From Eledone cirrhosa (lineage: Eukaryota), in contig OZ024760.1 of assembly GCA_964016885.1 (NCBI GenBank), positions 8,122,001 to 8,186,000 of the forward strand: DNA of 64,000 nucleotides, read 5' to 3'. The position numbers and the translations under genes were made by a program. The notes beneath the pieces were generated by a model. It worked only from the letters and a program-made list of their open reading frames with translations, made no database searches and was not told where the DNA came from. Below, in pieces: positions 59,770 to 64,000 of this stretch. Numbering within the stretch: the stretch's first letter is position 1; each line of letters opens with the position of its first letter.

Positions 59770-61879
59770 ATGAAGCGGGGATATCAGGTGCAGTGTTGAC
59801 GAATTTCAGGAAGCATGGAGGTTTTAAAGGATGCAGTGTCTCGGCAACTAACAACTGATGCAGGTAGTTTGTTCCATGCTTCAGCAACTCTGAAGACAGT
59901 GGATTGGTAGTAATCGGTAGAGCGTTGCATAATCTGCTTTGCAAAAAACATTGTTATGTTCCTTTATGTTCTGAGTTCAAATCCCACTAAGGTTAACTTT
60001 GTCTTTCATCCTTGCAGGGTTGATAAAATGAAGCACCAGCAACACACTGGGGCCGATTTAATCAACTCCCCTCAAAATCGTGGCCATGTGCCTAAATCAG
60101 AAACCATTATATTAAATCCAATGGCAATGGGTTGGAGGAATCAGTAGAGCATCGAACAATATGCTTTGCAGACAACATATAGTTACGCCCCTTTACATTC
60201 TGTGTTCAAACCTGCTGAGACTAGCTTTGCCTTTCATTCTTAAAGGGTCGATAAAATAAAGTACCAGTAATACACTGGAGTTGATTAATATTTCTGTAAT
60301 TTATTAACGGCCCTTGCCATTCTGAGTTCAAATCCCGCCGAGGTTAATTTTATCGACCCCGTAAGGATGAAAGGCAAAGTTAAGTACCAGTAATACACTG
60401 GGTATTTGCTGGCCTTGTGCCTAAAGTAGAAACAATTAATGATTAGCTTTACCTTTCAACTTTTTTTTTACGGGGGTTGATAAAGTCCCGTAATACACTG
60501 GGGGTTGATTTAACCAACTTTCCCCTGTTGGCCTTGTGCCTAAATCAGAAACCATTATGTTAAAAACCATACCTCATAAATTTATTTTAGAAATGTTTCT
60601 TAAATAATGTTCCGAATATCAGCTTATTAATGTGAAACTTGGCTTTGAAAGAATGTTAGCTTAAAGCAAGCTGCTTCAACGCAGATTTTTGTTGTTGTTG
60701 TTGGAGTGGTGGTGGATTACGATGAAAACTGGTGAAATAAATTGGCCATACAAGCCCCTAGAGCAGCATTTATCAGCCTTTTTACCCTTGTGGAATCTCT
60801 ACATATACCCAATATTAATATCTATCTCTTTTTTATATTTTTTAATAAATAATATAAGCGGTTGAAGCCTTTATTATAATAACCAAGGATTTTCCAACAA
60901 TATGCCGTACGTGTAAAATTACGAATATAAATTTAAACAAAAATTACTAAACGATACATTAGATTATTTATCACTATTTTTGCAGAACTTCTAGCAACCT
61001 CTTGCAGAATCCTAGGGTTCCAGGGAGCACTGGTCATGAAACGCTGCCCTATAGACAGAAAAGGGGGACAGTATCGCCTTGGAACTTGAATCTGCCATAT
61101 GGTGGATAGCTGTGCTGACTACTTACCCGTTGTTTTAAAGCCTTATCTATCAGCCAGTAGACGTAAACATTGATTTAAAAAAAAAAAAAAAAACTTAGTT
61201 ATTTTATTAAATTCCTCCAAATGTTTTAGTTATTTTCAAAATTTATTGAAACACATAGGCAGTGTATTTCCTAAGAAATACAATAATGAAAAGGGTGTGA
61301 ACAAAGCGCTGACGGTATGATCTGAACAAAGCGCTAGCGGTATAATCTGACAAGGGAGCTAACTGCGTAGTATAACGTCTCAACAAAGTACACTGCATTA
61401 AAAAAAAAAATTTACAGTTTTGAAATGAATGATTAACCTTCGTTATAGAAACAGTAGTTTTCATGTTAATTAGTTAATTACAACGAAAGGATAATTAAGT
61501 GGTCCATATTTAACCACCAATAGATATATACACATATACATAAATAGTTAGCCTCTGGTTAATCCACATAACATTACTGTGTAAAATATAAAGCAGTTCT
61601 TCATTTGGTTAAGACACTTTCAAAGCCAGATTATTTTACAATATCAATCAAACATTTGCATTTTTTCCTCTTTTTTGTTTGTTTTAATGTGTTAAATTGT
61701 TTTTTTCAATCAAACATCTTTCATGTGAAATACATAAACATCTTCTCTAGAATTTATTATATATATTTTTCATCATATCTTTAAACTTTAAACAATACAA
61801 TATGGACATTTAACAAATATAAACATTTCTAAATGAATAAACACTGTTGTCTCTGATGGAGACGAAGTGAGAGTGTATT

Positions 61880-62300
61880 TGAATTCATAGAAAAATGAGA
61901 AAACACATCATTAGAACAGCCATTAAAACAGCTACATGCTGTGTGACAGCAATAGGCAAAAATGCCACAGAGGACGGAGACCAGCAGTCACCAGTCAGCA
62001 GAGAGACACTCCACAAGGTGGGTGACAGTCAGATGAAATATAGGAAAGATTGAAAGAGGACAAGGAGAACTGTGTTGATACATAGAAGTGACTGGAAGAA
62101 GGAAATAAAGAAAGTCGACATACAAAACAAATACACACACACATGTTCACCCTCATAAGCTCTTCACCCCCCTCATGGATGGTCTCTGCAGACCACTGGT
62201 CTCTGTCCTCTGAAGCATTTTTGCCCATTGCTGTCTTTGATAACATTTGGATGTTTTAAAAGCTGTTCTAGCAACGAGATTTTTCATTTTTCTATGAATA
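61880..62300. repeat. Old diverged inverted repeat (about 110-bp arms)
   Basis: 61880-61990 is an imperfect reverse complement of 62190-62300. Confidence 0.55.
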
Positions 62301-62595
62301 TAAACATTTCTCTTTAACACTTTAGCAATTAAATACATATTTCCCTTTTTAACAGTTTAGCGCTCAAACTAGCCATAATCTTCTAGCACCAACGTAGACA
62401 CAGCGATATTTTGTTCAAACTGACAAGATATGGCTTTGTTGAAACAATATTTATCAATAGGACCCTCTCGCACAAACACACTCAGAGAAAAAGTCACATC
62501 TTTCATAATTTCATCCCTTTATCATTCTCACATGAACAAAATACATCAACATTATTACTTTGAATGCTAAAGATGTAAATAAATCCTTTGAAATA

Positions 62596-62793
62596 TGAGG
62601 GTTAGCAGAAAAGTTCATAGGCTGACTAAGATTCTTTCATGGAATGACCAAATGAGGTTTATTTTTCAACATAATCCTTGGAAAGAAACAATGCAGTTAT
62701 TAATAAGAAGAATTGAAATTAATGCATGCAAGATTTCACAGCGCTAGCACTACTCCTTCATAGTCAGCCTATGGACTTTTCAGTCACCCCTCA
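62596..62793. mobile_element. mariner-like MITE
   Basis: TA|TGAGGGTTAGCAGAAAAGTTCATAGGCTGAC ... GTCAGCCTATGGACTTTTCAGTCACCCCTCA|TA; the internal part recurs in tandem at about 11345-11665. Confidence 0.75.
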
Positions 62794-63098
62794 TAGCAAT
62801 TTATTCTTTTTTTAATTAATAAAAGTGTACATCATTTGTATTAAAACTGATGCAACATTTCTAATATTATTGCTAAAATAATTTTTTTAAATTTTTAAGC
62901 AATCTCATATTTTATGTTTTCATATATTTATGTACAACATATCATAGGTCAATTCCACAGCCATCTTCAGGTATTCCTGTTCCTATTTCTAGGAAAATAA
63001 GCATAGACTTAACATATTAGAAATATAGATTTTAAGTTCAAATGCAGCCTAGTGTTATATACACACATACACTATATGCATACACACACACACACACA

Positions 63099-63159
<61 letters not shown>

Positions 63160-63303
63160 ATTAATATAGAAATAGTTTCTACAGGAAAGAAATGATCGGG
63201 AATCCTAATGTATTGAGTATTTTCCATACTGTGGTTAGCCCCGATTGCACCTGGGACTCACAGACACACACACACATATATATATATATAAATATATACA
63301 TAT

Positions 63304-63336
<33 letters not shown>

Positions 63337-63795
63337 AATATATACATATACACACACACACACACATACACAGACATATATGTGTATATATGTATAATCA
63401 GGTGGCCACAGGTTAGTAGAGTATAAACATATTTCTTTTAGCTGACTTTGCACTTAGAAGTGATGATGTTAAGAATATTTCAAAAACACTGAGACTAAAT
63501 CGTATTTAAGAACATTGAAGACTGGTGTTAGGGGGAATACAAGTTCTCATTTCAAGTCTAGTCTAATTTCTATACACCCACATATATGTATATACATACG
63601 TGTACACATCCATGCTCTACTACATGTATTGAGTACACTTTCTCCTGTGTATATTCACACACACTCTCATATATATATATATATCAAAGGTAGAACTATA
63701 TTATGAATTCTCAAAAGATTTTCCATTGATACTTTTGTCATATACACATATATACATATTTATAGAATACATATATGCATAATATATATACATAA

Positions 63796-63830
<35 letters not shown>

Positions 63831-63929
63831 GACATACATACACTTCCATATACACATATATACACACACAAGCACATATGCATACATGCATACACCCATC
63901 CATACATACATACAAACATTATATATATG

Positions 63930-63963
<34 letters not shown>

Positions 63964-64000
63964 ATACAAACACACATGCATGTGTAGGAACACAACACTA

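Overview
Eukaryotic, AT-rich, microsatellite-dense animal DNA. The SINE/LINE/MITE inventory suggests a coleoid cephalopod, most likely Octopus (inference). The main host gene is a complete 12-exon SLC17A9/VNUT-like MFS transporter on the minus strand (ATG 57603 to TAA 24988; 1350 nt CDS, 449 aa; all GT-AG junctions and phases reconstructed by hand). A second, apparently orphan 3-exon minus-strand gene (8529 to 4598) encodes a small secreted protein with a reduced spondin-type TSP1 module. Intron 4 of SLC17A9 holds a Helitron derivative with an uninterrupted Pif1-family helicase frame but no Rep/HUH domain, abutted head-to-tail by a second short Helitron. The most unusual signal is a set of type I hammerhead-ribozyme motifs from at least four unrelated small repeat families, several inside fold-back (Penelope pseudo-LTR-like) elements and some sense to the SLC17A9 pre-mRNA. 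Other points: duplicated splice-site copies at both ends of SLC17A9 intron 5, an overlapping uORF and an RFX X-box at the SLC17A9 start, a twin-priming-type LINE inversion, a SINE-LINE shared tail, and several minisatellites born from retroelement fragments. Most ORFs in the supplied track are microsatellite or TE artefacts.
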